NCBI GenBank assembly: GCA_918797485.1
Contig: CAKKNE010000003.1
Span: forward strand, 3,782,001-3,846,000
Source of the DNA: Pelagomonas calceolata
Lineage: Eukaryota
Direction: 5' to 3'
Length of the DNA stretch: 64,000 nt
Shown here: piece by piece, positions 38,018 to 48,847 of the stretch
Layout: the number at the start of each line of letters is the position of its first letter
How positions within the stretch are numbered: the stretch's first letter is position 1
The notes under the pieces: model-generated
Seen by the model: the letters and a program-made list of their open reading frames with translations, nothing else
What the model was told of the DNA's origin: nothing
Databases searched by the model: none
Position numbers and translations under genes: made by a program

Positions 38018-38435
38018 GTTGCTGTACAGTGGCAAGGGCTGGTGGTTGCTTGCCTCAAAGCGGCGCGAGCGGTGCAATTTTCTGGCTTGTATGGCTTCGC
38101 CGAGCAGTTGTGTGGCTCTGGACGACGGCTTGTCTCAATGCGCCGCGCTGCGGCGGCGTTTCGAGCACAGATGCACAAATGCAGCCTGCGGAGCAGCGCC
38201 GCCTCCCAGGTCCTAGCTCGTCGTGCACGGCAGCACGAATGGCACGAATGCCTCCTTGAGCTCTTGTGGGCCTCTTGATCCTGCTGCAAGCGTGAAGCGA
38301 TCGGACGAGGCGCTGCGTGGCCGCACCGGCAAGGTGCCCTGTGAGCCAGCCTGCAGTGCTGCCTTGACGCCGTCGCGGCGGGCCCACCGGTGGTGCGAGC
38401 CACACTGCGTTGACGCCGTCGCTGCGGCGCACACT

Positions 38436-39527
38436 ATGACTCTCGGCGACGTATGGCTCGACTTCGACCCCGCGGCCCTCGTCGCAACGGGATTAGACGT
38501 CGACGACGATCTCGCATTCCTGGCGCTGCTGGCGCTGCAGCGCCGCGGCCGCCTGAACTTGATAGGAGTGTCGGTGACGGCGGGGAACGCCGCGCTGCGC
38601 GACACGTTGGCAAACGCGAAAAGTCTCCTGCGCCTCGCGGGTGTGAAGCTCGAGCCGGCGGCCGGCGCGTCCTATCGTGATATGCACGTACCCTGGCCGT
38701 GGGTCCGGCGCCTCCACAACGTGCGCGGCGACGTCGCGTCCTCGCCCGACGCCGTCGATGCGATCCGATCTGCGGTGCTGGCGCGGCCGCCGCACTCGCT
38801 GACGATCGTAGCCCTCGGGCCGCTGACGAACGTCGCGGCCGCGTTAATGGATTCAGACGTCGCGGGCCGCGTCGGCCGCGTCGTGTCCATGGGCGGCGCC
38901 CTCGACGGCAAGAGGCTCGACCTGAACTGGCTGTCGGACCGGGCCGCGGCGCGCGCCGTCGTCGCGTCTCGGGTGCCGCTGACGGTCGCGCCCGTGGAGC
39001 TCTGCGCGCAGGCCGCCGTGCAGCCAGAGGACGTCGACCGGCTCGTGGAGAGGTGCTGCCCGGGCGCTGCCGTTTGTTCATTGGCTCGGGCTATGCGGCG
39101 GCAGTGCGCGTTCTCGCGGCGCTTTGTTAATAAGGGGCTCGTGGCCCGCGTGTCAAATGCACACACTGCCCTAAAAAGCGACGCCTTCGTGCCGTGGGAC
39201 GTCGTGGCGGTCCTCGCGGTTGCAGAGCCGGAGCTGTTTGGGGAGTGGCGCGAATTCGACGTCGCCGTGCCGCCGTGTGTTTCGGGCGAGCCGTGCGACG
39301 GCACTGTCGTAGTCCGGAACGGGTCGGGGGTCCTGGCGCCGACGCGGCTCGCGCCCGGCGGCGTCGTCGACGCGCTGGTCGACCTGGTCTGTGACGTGCC
39401 GGCCGTCGGGCCGGCGCCGGGTATTGTTGGCGCGCCGGTGCTTTTCGGTTCAGTCGCTGTCGCGGTTTTGGTGCCCTTGTTGTTGTTGAGAGGAGTAGTG
39501 AGTAAGTTTAGATCAAAGACCAGCTAG
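38436..39527 (+). CDS. Inosine/uridine-preferring nucleoside hydrolase family protein, C-terminally anchored
   Basis: WLDFDP...DVDDDLA; VSVTAGN; ALGPLTNVA; MGG; LNWLSDRAAA; PWDVVAV; hydrophobic tail. Confidence 0.85.
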   Translation: MTLGDVWLDFDPAALVATGLDVDDDLAFLALLALQRRGRLNLIGVSVTAGNAALRDTLANAKSLLRLAGVKLEPAAGASYRDMHVPWPWVRRLHNVRGDVASSPDAVDAIRSAVLARPPHSLTIVALGPLTNVAAALMDSDVAGRVGRVVSMGGALDGKRLDLNWLSDRAAARAVVASRVPLTVAPVELCAQAAVQPEDVDRLVERCCPGAAVCSLARAMRRQCAFSRRFVNKGLVARVSNAHTALKSDAFVPWDVVAVLAVAEPELFGEWREFDVAVPPCVSGEPCDGTVVVRNGSGVLAPTRLAPGGVVDALVDLVCDVPAVGPAPGIVGAPVLFGSVAVAVLVPLLLLRGVVSKFRSKTS

Positions 39528-39661
39528 CGGCATGTAACACACTAGCACCATCACATTTTTCTAGACGCCGCTGCGCCGCCTATAAGCCAAAGGCTGCCCA
39601 AAAATAATGCCATGACCCCTTCGCATCGCTAACTTAGTCCAACGCGGCCGAATTCGCATCG

Positions 39662-41341
39662 ATGAGTGCGGCAAAACGCCTGCCCGCCTGGGCAGCAGCC
39701 TGCCTCCTCGTGGCCGCCGCGACCGATGAATGTCATGCGCCGGTCGCGAACACCTACACCATGGACCCGCCGGCGGCCACCTACCCGGCGCGACCGCTGC
39801 GCGAACTCACGACGCCGCTGACAACTGTAATTCGCTGGCTCGGTAACGACGAGGCCCAACTCGCGGCCTCCCTCGGCACGCTGCGCGCGACGCTGCCGCG
39901 GGCGCGCATCACCATTGCTGCGCGCGATATGGAGCGAGCGCGCCGCGTCGGCGCGCGCTTCGAGGTCGAGCGCGTCGTCGGCGTCGATGCCGTTCCGACG
40001 CTCACTACCGGACAGGTTGTCGTGGCCGACGCGTCGGTCGTATTCCAGCCCGACGCGACGCGGACTCGACTCGTCGCCATGAAGGGCTGCGCGGCGGCGG
40101 GCCGTCGCTTCGCAGTCGGTGATGCACAGAGCGTCGCGGGGTGGCTCCGCGGCGGCGACTGCTCGGAATCGACCACCGGTCTTATTCTAGCAAATGGCTG
40201 CGCGCATTCAAACGCCTTCGGCGAGGTCGTCTCAGAGAATGAGCTCCCCTACTTCGCTCTGTTACATCCGAGCGCGGACTGCCCCTGGCGCTCCACATTA
40301 ACGGCGCGTTTACAAACCTTCTCCGCCGTCTGCGCCAAGCCGCCCTGCGCCGTGCCGCTGTCGCGCGTCAAGAACCGGAAGCGGACGCAGCAGCTACTTG
40401 ACACGCACGGGCTGAATGATAAGACCGGCGCCGACGCGGCTTTATTATTGCGAAAGCGGCGGCCGCTCTTCGCTGAACCATATCATAATGAAACGCCGAC
40501 GACGGACTGCCTCTTGATGGGCGCCGGCGACTACAAGGATCCCCAGGTTTATGCGACGTTCCTGCGGAGCCTCCGCGAGGCCGGGTCGGCCTGCGACGTG
40601 ACGCTCTTCACGAACGACGCCGCCTCTCCAGATATTCAATCTATTTTCAACAAATTCAACGCGAGGTGGCACCGCTTTCTACCGGTAGTGGACGGGCTCT
40701 CGAGCGACGACGTCGCGAGACAAGCCTTCCAGACCGCACCCGGATTGGGTAGGTTAGCGTCGACTTTACGGTTCCGCATCTTCCGCAGCTATTTAATGGG
40801 AGAATCGCGCCATACGTATGTGGGCTGGGCCGACGTCCGCGACGTCTTTTTCCAGAGCTGTCCGTTTTCTCGCCTCAGAAGTGGCGCCTTGCACGTCTTC
40901 TCGGAGACGGCTCTGCTCACCCTAGCGCATAAACGGCGCGTCTACCTCGAGTGGTCGCGGCGGGCGTGGGGTTTTGACTGCTCTGATGAGTACGAAACGT
41001 ATCACGACGCGCCGCCGGTCAATCTAGGCGTCGTGCTCGGTGCCCGATCCTCAGTGTTGCAGGCGTTGGATACTTTAATATGTCAATTGGAGAGGTGCGG
41101 CGGCTGGGACCAGTTTTTGTGGAGCAAGTTGGTTTACGAGAGGACGATCGGAGCGACGGCTCATATTGGAGACGACGACGCGGCCGTCGCGAACCTGTGC
41201 GCGAATCTTGACGTGGAGGTCGGCGACGCGTCGCGCGTCGTGTCGAGTCGAGGTGAGCCTTATTCGATCGTGCACCAATATGATCGGTACGACGGCGTGG
41301 TGCGCGCGGTGGCTTCGAGGTGGCCGTTTGCGGCTGCTTGA
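39662..41341 (+). CDS. Secreted/Golgi glycosyltransferase-like hypothetical protein
   Basis: Signal peptide; ATFLRSLR..G..CDV; RF..F..YL; ADVRDVFFQ..PF (DxRD); DQ; IVHQYDR. Confidence 0.6.
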   Translation: MSAAKRLPAWAAACLLVAAATDECHAPVANTYTMDPPAATYPARPLRELTTPLTTVIRWLGNDEAQLAASLGTLRATLPRARITIAARDMERARRVGARFEVERVVGVDAVPTLTTGQVVVADASVVFQPDATRTRLVAMKGCAAAGRRFAVGDAQSVAGWLRGGDCSESTTGLILANGCAHSNAFGEVVSENELPYFALLHPSADCPWRSTLTARLQTFSAVCAKPPCAVPLSRVKNRKRTQQLLDTHGLNDKTGADAALLLRKRRPLFAEPYHNETPTTDCLLMGAGDYKDPQVYATFLRSLREAGSACDVTLFTNDAASPDIQSIFNKFNARWHRFLPVVDGLSSDDVARQAFQTAPGLGRLASTLRFRIFRSYLMGESRHTYVGWADVRDVFFQSCPFSRLRSGALHVFSETALLTLAHKRRVYLEWSRRAWGFDCSDEYETYHDAPPVNLGVVLGARSSVLQALDTLICQLERCGGWDQFLWSKLVYERTIGATAHIGDDDAAVANLCANLDVEVGDASRVVSSRGEPYSIVHQYDRYDGVVRAVASRWPFAAA

Positions 41342-41527
41342 GGCGTCGGCGTAGGTGTGTTCTTGTTACTATAGCCTTGTTTTGGGAGTCGTCCGCCTCG
41401 CCGCGCGGACGTGCGTGCGGGTGACCCTGAAGGGGAGAGATGTCGTCTCCCGTCGTTTGGTCGCGGTTTGTACACGCTATAGTTGTCCGCGCGCCGCGCA
41501 GCCGCTGTCATCGCACTCCATAGATCA

Positions 41528-43210
41528 ATGGAGCAGCAGCCCGAGGACGAGCGCCGCGGCCGGCGCGCCGGCCGGCCCCCCATCCGCTTGCCTCTCCACA
41601 GAAACAGCTTCAGGCGCAGCCGGAGCCTCTCGCCGTTCTGGCACGACGACGACGCCAACATGTATGCTCTGAGCAGACCCGCCGGTGAAGCGGGTGATTC
41701 TGGAGACGAGCCATTGCTGGTCCGCGAGACGGCGCCGACGACGCGCGCAGAAGAACCGATGGCATTGTCGCGGCCCCAATGGAACGCAGCTCCGATGGAA
41801 CGCGGCCTCGATGGAATGCCCCGCGCGTCGTTTGATCCCAACAGCGACAACCTGCCGTTCACGGGAGGCCGGGACCACTTCGATGTTGGACTTGAGCTTC
41901 AGAAGCTGCGCGGTATGAACGGGCCGGAGATGGAGAGATACATTAATGACGAGATGGATAGAGCCGATCTTGCAACCATGTTAGTTGAAACTAGGATGTG
42001 GATTCACTGGGGATTTGATGGGGCTCGCCGCGCCATGGAAGAAGGCAGGCCCGGCCTTTTCAATTTCCCCGACGAGCCACGGGGGCACACGAGCCGTATT
42101 CCAGACCAGTCGTCGCAGGGCTCCGCGCCCGGCGGCGTTCCCCAGAAATCCGCGCCGGCCCGGCCCGCGGCCTCCGACCGGCGCCAGAAGCAGACGGACG
42201 CCCAGTCGAAGGCCTGCGACGCTAGATTTGCGATGGGCCGCACTTCCTCGCCCGCGGACGCCGACGCGGACTCCTACCCGCCGGACCAGGAGGACTCGCC
42301 GCCGCTGCGGGTCTCGCGACTCTCGCCGCCGCCGCGGCGCGTCGTCGACCGCCCGCTGCAGCGGGATGGGGATCATTACCGCCCGTCGCCGCCGCGAGAT
42401 GATGTTCTCGATGATATTGGGCCCGCCCTCGCCTACGCCGACTCCATGCGGGTTCACTTTAGAGGCCTCGCTTCCAGAGAGGCACTTAATAGCACGGGCC
42501 TCACGGCTCGAACTGGGGCCGCCCAGGCTTGGATGCACGCACATCTTGCTATCCAGAGACAGCAGGCCCAGGAGATGGTCAATGGCTTCTCGGAGTCGTC
42601 GCCGCCCCCGGCCAATCCGGGCAATGCTCCTCCTCCTCCTCAAGGTCCTACTCCTGCTGTTTCCGACAATAGCCCCTTACCCTTCAACCAGAGTGATTGT
42701 GATTTTGGAGCTGTCATGCAGAAACTCCGAGGCATGGATTGGCCAGAGGCGGCGGCTTGGGCCAAAGCCGAAACGGATAGGGCTGGGCTTGCTAAGGCGT
42801 TGATTATGAATAGGATGTATTGCTATGCCCATCAAGAGTCTGAACGGCGAATTATCAATAATATGACCTCCGGCGGAGATACGAGGGGCCCGGTGTTCCA
42901 CGCTACCGACGATACTCTACCGCTTTGGGATAGCTGTGAGCGGCCAGGACCACATTTGAACCACCCGCGTCAGGACCACGGCGCCGCCTGCCAGGATCCA
43001 GGCATCTCGCCGGCACTGGCGTTGGGGCCGACGCCGGACCAAGTGGAGCTCGCCAAGTGCCGACGGGCGCTCGCCGCGGCCAAGCGAGCTCTAGAAGACA
43101 ACGCGCCCCTGGAACCCTCGAGTCCAGAATACTTCTGGGCGAGCGCGCGCGCCAGGGCCGCGTCGGCCCTCGCCGAGATCTCCAAGGTACTAGAGGGGGA
43201 AGAACTCTAG
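41528..43210 (+). CDS. Hypothetical protein with an internally duplicated ~55-aa domain
   Basis: Long ORF; SDN.LPF....D.G...QKLRGM...E......E.DRA.LA..L...RM occurs twice (~41843 and ~42662). Confidence 0.55.
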   Translation: MEQQPEDERRGRRAGRPPIRLPLHRNSFRRSRSLSPFWHDDDANMYALSRPAGEAGDSGDEPLLVRETAPTTRAEEPMALSRPQWNAAPMERGLDGMPRASFDPNSDNLPFTGGRDHFDVGLELQKLRGMNGPEMERYINDEMDRADLATMLVETRMWIHWGFDGARRAMEEGRPGLFNFPDEPRGHTSRIPDQSSQGSAPGGVPQKSAPARPAASDRRQKQTDAQSKACDARFAMGRTSSPADADADSYPPDQEDSPPLRVSRLSPPPRRVVDRPLQRDGDHYRPSPPRDDVLDDIGPALAYADSMRVHFRGLASREALNSTGLTARTGAAQAWMHAHLAIQRQQAQEMVNGFSESSPPPANPGNAPPPPQGPTPAVSDNSPLPFNQSDCDFGAVMQKLRGMDWPEAAAWAKAETDRAGLAKALIMNRMYCYAHQESERRIINNMTSGGDTRGPVFHATDDTLPLWDSCERPGPHLNHPRQDHGAACQDPGISPALALGPTPDQVELAKCRRALAAAKRALEDNAPLEPSSPEYFWASARARAASALAEISKVLEGEEL

Positions 43211-43492
43211 GGACCCTGTAAAACAAGAAGAATCGTATATCACGTTTCTGCCTAAGGATCGCTACACAGCGATCGCAAAACCCGTTTTGCAATTAGATCA
43301 TTTTGCGGGGGAGACACACACACTTGCACAGGACGCAAAAAGCGTAACAGAGGGCCGCAGCGCTCCTCAAACGACGCGCACGTTGGCGTTTCGAACCGCT
43401 GCGTCGCCCGTCTGCCATAACATTGATCGCTAAGCAAGGCAACCAACCGGGGCTGCTGAAGCAGCACTGACTGCAACGCAGCATCGCAATAA

Positions 43493-44449
43493 ATGCGCCG
43501 CTGCGCAGCCGTGCTGGCAATGCTGCGGGCCGCGGCGATCGTGCCGCGCACCCGCTGGCAGCCGCAAGCCGAGCGCCACCTCGCGAGGGTCACGAAGCTG
43601 CTCGGCGCTGCACCGGACGTCGCCGCGGCGCGGTCGCGCGACGACCCGTTGCTGAATTTCGTATTTACGTATTACGGTAGCGACTTGGGCGCAGCCGCGA
43701 ATCTCGGGCGATGGTGCCCGCCGGTAGGTGTGGCCATCGAAGCATCACAGGACGACCGCGAACGGCTCTGGCGCGGCATCGAGAGCAGCGGCTCGTACGA
43801 TCCGCGAAAGCTCCCCAAGAAGCGCCTCGCGGCCTTGGAGCGCGGCCGCGCCGCTCTCGCCGCGACGCGCAAACGGCCGCCGATCTGGCACTGCTACGGG
43901 CTCCACGAGTGGGCGATGCTCTACCGGCCCGACGGTGCCCCGCAACCGCACAAGCACCAGTCGCTACCGCTCCGCGTCGACCAGGCGACGATTAATCGCG
44001 TCGTCGAGGCGGACGAGATCAAGTGCACGCACTTTGACGCCTTTCGCTTCTTCGCGCCCGAAGCCACGGACAAGAACCGCCACGCGCTGACGCGGCAGAC
44101 GCAGCTCGACCACGAGCAGCCGGCCTGCGTCCACGCGAACATGGATTTACTACGGTACGCGCTGCGGCTGGCGCCCTTCGTCGACGCTAGTCTCATCGGC
44201 GACGCGCTGGACGTCGCGTTGCAGGCGCGGGACTTGGACATTCGCGCGTCGCCCTATTTGCTCGCCGGCGCCGTGCCGGTGGAAGTCGAGACCACGGCCG
44301 GGCGAAAGGAGTACGTCCGACGCCAAGCCGCGGTCCACGACGCCGCCGCACCCGTCAGAGACCGCCTGCTTGCGGCCTACGACGACTTCTTCCTCGCACA
44401 CGCGCTCGTGCCGGACGCTCGCGCGGAGGAGGCTAAACTTGTTGTATAG
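43493..44449 (+). CDS. Homolog of an actinobacterial-type conserved protein commonly auto-annotated '3-methyladenine DNA glycosylase'
   Basis: FVFTYY; CYGLHEWAMLY; PLR; CTHFDAFRFF; EQPACVHANMDL; LDIRASPY; ET..GRKEY, all recalled family motifs. Confidence 0.7.
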   Translation: MRRCAAVLAMLRAAAIVPRTRWQPQAERHLARVTKLLGAAPDVAAARSRDDPLLNFVFTYYGSDLGAAANLGRWCPPVGVAIEASQDDRERLWRGIESSGSYDPRKLPKKRLAALERGRAALAATRKRPPIWHCYGLHEWAMLYRPDGAPQPHKHQSLPLRVDQATINRVVEADEIKCTHFDAFRFFAPEATDKNRHALTRQTQLDHEQPACVHANMDLLRYALRLAPFVDASLIGDALDVALQARDLDIRASPYLLAGAVPVEVETTAGRKEYVRRQAAVHDAAAPVRDRLLAAYDDFFLAHALVPDARAEEAKLVV

Positions 44450-44566
44450 ACTATTTTCAACTTTGTGGTATTTTTTTTAGCGGAACAGGCGGGGGATTTT
44501 GATTTTGAGGAGTACACACAGGGTCTTGGGCGTGATTTTGAGGACCGATTTTCAGAGAAAGATCGT

Positions 44567-45500
44567 TCAGAGAAAGATCGGTTGCCTGTGTGGGAACGAC
44601 ACAGTCACGAAACGACCGCGGCTCTCTCACGAGGCATGTAGACTCTCATGCGGCCGCATCGACGGCGTCGAGGCGGTGCGGCACCGCGTCGACGCCATCG
44701 CCGCGACCACGTCATGTTGAAGCTCATTTTATGCTCTGAGTCAGCACCATCCGGGCGGCTTGTGCTTGCAGGCCTTGGAGTGTGCGACCTGTGTAGAAAT
44801 GAAGTCTCGCGCTGAATCATATGGCTTGATTTCCACACAGGCGCCAGACGGCGGCGGGTGCGTGCCCGAAGACTCGGCCACACTTGTGCGCGCAGGGATA
44901 GTTCCCATCAGCGTCTTGGGGAGGCTTCGACATCGCCTGGTGGTTGCGTCGGAAGCGCGAGGGGGCGAACGGCCGCGGGGCCGACGACGCCTTGGGCGCG
45001 CGTCGGGGCGGGGCCGGTGCTTGCGGTAAGGCCTTGCGCGGCGGCTTGAGGGATAAAAGGAGCCAGGCGGCGCGGTTGGGGTTCTCGTCGAGAATGCGCA
45101 CGGCATCTAATTGGGAGGGCTTGACGGGCTCGTAGAGGAGCTCGGGCGTCCGGTAGACGGCTCCCGGCGAAGCCACGGCCGCGAGGAGCTCGCGCTTCTC
45201 GACGCCGGGCGTCGGCGGGAGCCGCGCCGCGGAGGCGGCGCGCGGGGAAGCTTCATCGTCCGAGGAGCTCACCTTCGGTACCGGCGCTTCGACAGTGACG
45301 CGGACGCCCGGCGGCCACGCGGGGAGCGCGGCGTCCGGGCGGCGGCCCGAGGGGCTGCGTTGCTCCGGCGGCGTCACCGTTCCCGCTCGTACGAGAGCCG
45401 ACGGCACGACGACGCTCATCTTGGCGGCGGGGGGTGCCTTGGCGAGGGCCGGGGCGGCCGACGCGATCTTCGTGGTGCTTGCGGTGGGCGCGGGTGTCAT
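44567..45500 (-). CDS. Low-complexity protein with C-terminal C2HC-type zinc finger; introns 44789-44849 and probably 44586-44747
   Basis: Splicing restores CAHKCGRVFGHAPAA|VAHSKAC; the second intron gives a KPPGWQPIFL* end (KPPGWC* if unspliced). Confidence 0.6.
44789..44840. mobile_element. Minimal 52-bp introner element
   Basis: ctgtgtagaaatga ... tgatttccacacag TIRs; TSD degenerate; intron 44789-44849 on minus strand. Confidence 0.75.
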
Positions 45501-46128
45501 GGTGAATAGTAGTCGCCTCTTGAATTAAAACGACTTTTGAGGTCCTGGCAGCACCGCGCGGCGGCCCGGTGGCAGCTAGGATGGTATGGAAGGCGCACAC
45601 CGCCTTTGGCGTGCGTACGATGCGAATTGCGGCGGTGCGCAGCTGCCTCAAATGGGGAGAGTGCCTCGCTTGACCTGGCATCGATTTACTTTAGTTAGGC
45701 TAGCCGCCCCCGCACGTCATTCACTCAGAATTTTGAAATAGTCCATTCGACGAGACTCCGGTCGGCCTGGGGGAGGCGCCCGGCCACTACCTGGTCACTG
45801 CCCAGTCATCGAAGGTACGAGGAAGGGGCTGCCCCATCGCACCGTAAAAAAACGGGGGCTCTTCCGCCGTTCTTACGCTCCCGACCCGTCCTCGGCAGCC
45901 CTGGTACTCCGCTTCGAGGCCTCGCGCGGGCGGCGGGGGACCGAAAAACAGGTTGGGCAGCCAGCCAGGCGAACGCTAAAAAACCGCGTCCAGCGCGCCC
46001 GCCGCCGCGAGTGTTGACGAGTCAGCCCAGTCACCAGTCACCCGTCACCCGTCCACAGCGAGTCGCGCTGCTTACAAGGCGCACCGCCGCGCAGCAGGCG
46101 AGCTCGAGACCAGGGCTGCTGCAGCGCC

Positions 46129-47211
46129 ATGGCGCCGACGCACAAGGGCTCGATCCCCTCGCCCGCAAGGGTCCACGGCGCGTTAGGACTCTGCCAGGTC
46201 TTGTTTGGCGCCGGCGCCGTCGTCGGCGCGCTGGGGCTCCCTGCATTCAATCCATTAGTTTTCGCTTTACTGAGGGAAGCGCTAGCCGCACCTCTATTAG
46301 CAACAGCAGCCTACCTGACAACAAGAACGACATTCACCGACGTCGCGCCCTATAGCCGATTGTTCGGCGAGTGCGGCACTCTTATTTTTGGAAATCAAGT
46401 GCTGTTCGTCGTCGGCCTCAAGCTCTCGAATCCGGTAGCAGGAGCCATCTGGCAGCCTTCGCAGCCCATCTTCACGGCGGCTTTGGCCTCGTTCATCGGC
46501 GCGGAGACGCCGTCTCCTCTACGCTTTGCTGGCGTGGCATTGGCGTTCCTAGGTTGCGCGACGATGGTCTCGTTTCGCGCCCACGAGACGCACACGAGCG
46601 GCGGGAACCTCACGAGGGAGCTCTGCGGCCACGTGTGTTTCTTCGGCAACTGCCTCTGCACGTCCGGATATGTGTTGCGGTCGAAGCAGTTGCTTCGAAG
46701 GTTCCCGGCGCTCTGCGTGACCGCTGGAAGCTATGTGGTGGCCGCTCTGTGCATGCTGGTGACCTGCGTGTTGCTCAACTCGAACGCGTATATCGTGGAG
46801 TTCTTGTGTCCCGATTGTACGAGTGCCTGGGCGGTACCTAGAGGCGCATGGCTACCTTTGCTGTATTGGGTCCTGTGCCAGTCGTGCGCCGCCTACGCGT
46901 TGATGACCTGGGCGAACCGGGTGGCGTCCGCGTCATTGGTGTCAGGCTACTCCGCGCTGCAACCGGTGACCGCGGCCGTGCTCGCGGCGGTCGCCGTCGC
47001 GCTGGAGTGGGCGCCGGCCTGCACGCCTCTGAGTAGAGGTGGGTCCTGTTTGGCCTATCCTGGTGTGGGTGATCTCGGTGCGGTGGGCGTGTTCGCGGGA
47101 CTTTATCTGGTCGTCGCGTCGGAGCCGGCGGCGACGTCGTCGCGGGATCCCGTCGACCCGGCGCCCCTACTATCGGCGGAGAAGAGTTCCTCCGAGGCGT
47201 TGGGGCCCTGA
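46129..47211 (+). CDS. EamA/DMT-superfamily transporter (WAT1-related)
   Basis: ~10 TM helices in two EamA repeats; FALLRE..A; QPIFTAALA; YSALQPV. Confidence 0.85.
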   Translation: MAPTHKGSIPSPARVHGALGLCQVLFGAGAVVGALGLPAFNPLVFALLREALAAPLLATAAYLTTRTTFTDVAPYSRLFGECGTLIFGNQVLFVVGLKLSNPVAGAIWQPSQPIFTAALASFIGAETPSPLRFAGVALAFLGCATMVSFRAHETHTSGGNLTRELCGHVCFFGNCLCTSGYVLRSKQLLRRFPALCVTAGSYVVAALCMLVTCVLLNSNAYIVEFLCPDCTSAWAVPRGAWLPLLYWVLCQSCAAYALMTWANRVASASLVSGYSALQPVTAAVLAAVAVALEWAPACTPLSRGGSCLAYPGVGDLGAVGVFAGLYLVVASEPAATSSRDPVDPAPLLSAEKSSSEALGP

Positions 47212-47261
47212 GTGTCCTTTGGTTTTGATTTTTGTGTGAACTAAATTTCCAAGCTTATAGA

Positions 47262-48092
47262 TTACGACTCCGTCGCCAGCGCGAGGACCTCCTGCGCCGA
47301 GTGCCCCAATAACAAATCGACGGCGGCCGCTTCATCATTGTTCGAAATAGACAACGCGGCCTCGCAGACCTGCTGCGACCAGCCCATCGCGACGAGCCGC
47401 GCGACCGCACCGTCAGCCGAAGACGGCGGCGGCGGCGGCTTCAGCGCGTCAACAGGAACCTCGTCAAGAACGCCCCGCAGGTCCACGGCCAGCGCGAGTG
47501 ATTGGGGCGACCAGTCCCCCTCAACAGACCAGACCCGGTCCTGGGTAGGGTCCTCGAACTTCCTCTGAAAGTCGTCGACGACGGCCTTGGAAGCAGGGAC
47601 CGGAGGTAAGGTTTTGTGGTTCTTCCTCTGTAGAACTCTTTGTTTGCACGTCTCCACATCTTCATCCAAGTGGAGTACTAATGCCACGGCGTTCTTGTCC
47701 TTTGGGGCGTGTTTTTTCATGAGCTCGACCCAGAGGTCCCTTTGTTGGTTCGTGTGGTTGCATCGATCCACCACACACCGTCTTCCTCTCTTCATCAGGT
47801 CCGTCACGGCGTCCTCGCACGCTTGTCTTGATCCTAGTGAATCTTGGCACACGAGCGAGAATCCTCTAGCTCGCAACTGGGCGGCTAGGAGTGATTTACC
47901 ACTGCCAGGCAGGCCCGTCAGTACGACCAGTAATAAGTAAGGCGGCGGGTCCTCCTTTTCCGCCAATTGCTGCATCATGAACCGCGCGCCGGACCGCTCC
48001 CACGCGTGGTCCGCGGCCACACGCCAGGCCGGCTTTTTATTGGCCTGGCGCTCCTTGCGCGCCTGGGCGGGCTGGACCTGCCACTCGCTCAT
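47262..48092 (-). CDS. P-loop kinase (AAA_33-like) with C-terminal UBA domain
   Basis: LTGLPGSGKS; VCQD; VVDRCNH; CKQRVLQR; LVAMGW....AL..SNND..AAVDLLL. Confidence 0.85.
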   Translation of the reverse strand: MSEWQVQPAQARKERQANKKPAWRVAADHAWERSGARFMMQQLAEKEDPPPYLLLVVLTGLPGSGKSLLAAQLRARGFSLVCQDSLGSRQACEDAVTDLMKRGRRCVVDRCNHTNQQRDLWVELMKKHAPKDKNAVALVLHLDEDVETCKQRVLQRKNHKTLPPVPASKAVVDDFQRKFEDPTQDRVWSVEGDWSPQSLALAVDLRGVLDEVPVDALKPPPPPSSADGAVARLVAMGWSQQVCEAALSISNNDEAAAVDLLLGHSAQEVLALATES

Positions 48093-48454
48093 GGCTGCGT
48101 GCGCTCGCGGCGGCTGGCGTCCAGGTGTCCTATGCGCGCGGCGCGGTGCGTCGGCGGCGTCCCAAGTGTCCTGTGCGCGTGCGCGGCGCGTCGGCGGCGG
48201 GGGCTTCCAAGAGGTCCAAGAGGGCAGGGCTCCTATATGACTGCGCGGCAGAAGCTGCGCTGCAGGGCTGGGCGGAGAGGTCCCGCAGGCCTTGTTATTC
48301 TTGCAAAATGGCTACGGCAGCGTCCAAGCGGCGGCGTCTGGCTCGAGCCGGCGGCTTGCTAGTGTCTTACAGCGCTAGTTAAAGTGCCTTAACGAAGATG
48401 GCGACGGCGTAATATAATAAGCGACGCCGTTCGAGGGTAGCGACGGCGTCCCGC

Positions 48455-48847
48455 TCAGCGGCGCTTCTTCTCCGGCGCCTCCTGGACGGCGACGGCCCCG
48501 GCGAGCGAGAGCGCGAGCATGAGGCCCTCCGGGACGTAGTGCATCGGGTACTTGAGCGGGAGATTCGGCGTGAGGTAGCCGAATCTCGCGTTCCAGGGGT
48601 AGAGGATGCCGATACCGACGGACGCCGCCAGCGCGGCCTTGGCCGCGACGGCCGTCTCAACGTTCATCATCAGGAAGACCTCGCAGAAGATGGTCACGGC
48701 GTGGCCGCGGATCCAGAACTCCATCTCCGGCGTCGACGCGATGTCCCAGTGGTCCGTGACCATGCCGCCGGGATTGAGGAGCATCATGACCCCATAGACA
48801 CCGAAGATGGCGCACGACGCCTTGACGTAGGTCGCCGCGAAGCCCAT
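48455..48847 (-). CDS. Small hypothetical membrane protein
   Basis: ~130 aa from MGFAATYVK with four hydrophobic segments and strong GC3 bias. Confidence 0.7.
   Translation of the reverse strand: MGFAATYVKASCAIFGVYGVMMLLNPGGMVTDHWDIASTPEMEFWIRGHAVTIFCEVFLMMNVETAVAAKAALAASVGIGILYPWNARFGYLTPNLPLKYPMHYVPEGLMLALSLAGAVAVQEAPEKKRR

Noticed and set aside
44551..44580. 15-bp tandem duplication ttcagagaaagatcg x2
   Set aside because: Simple local slippage at a gene end; no further significance evident
45720..46000. Possible structured ncRNA (aaaacgggggctc resembles an RNase MRP/P 3' motif); similar thought for 60770-61200
   Set aside because: No matching 5' GAAAGTCCCC-type strand or convincing helices visible; needs Infernal
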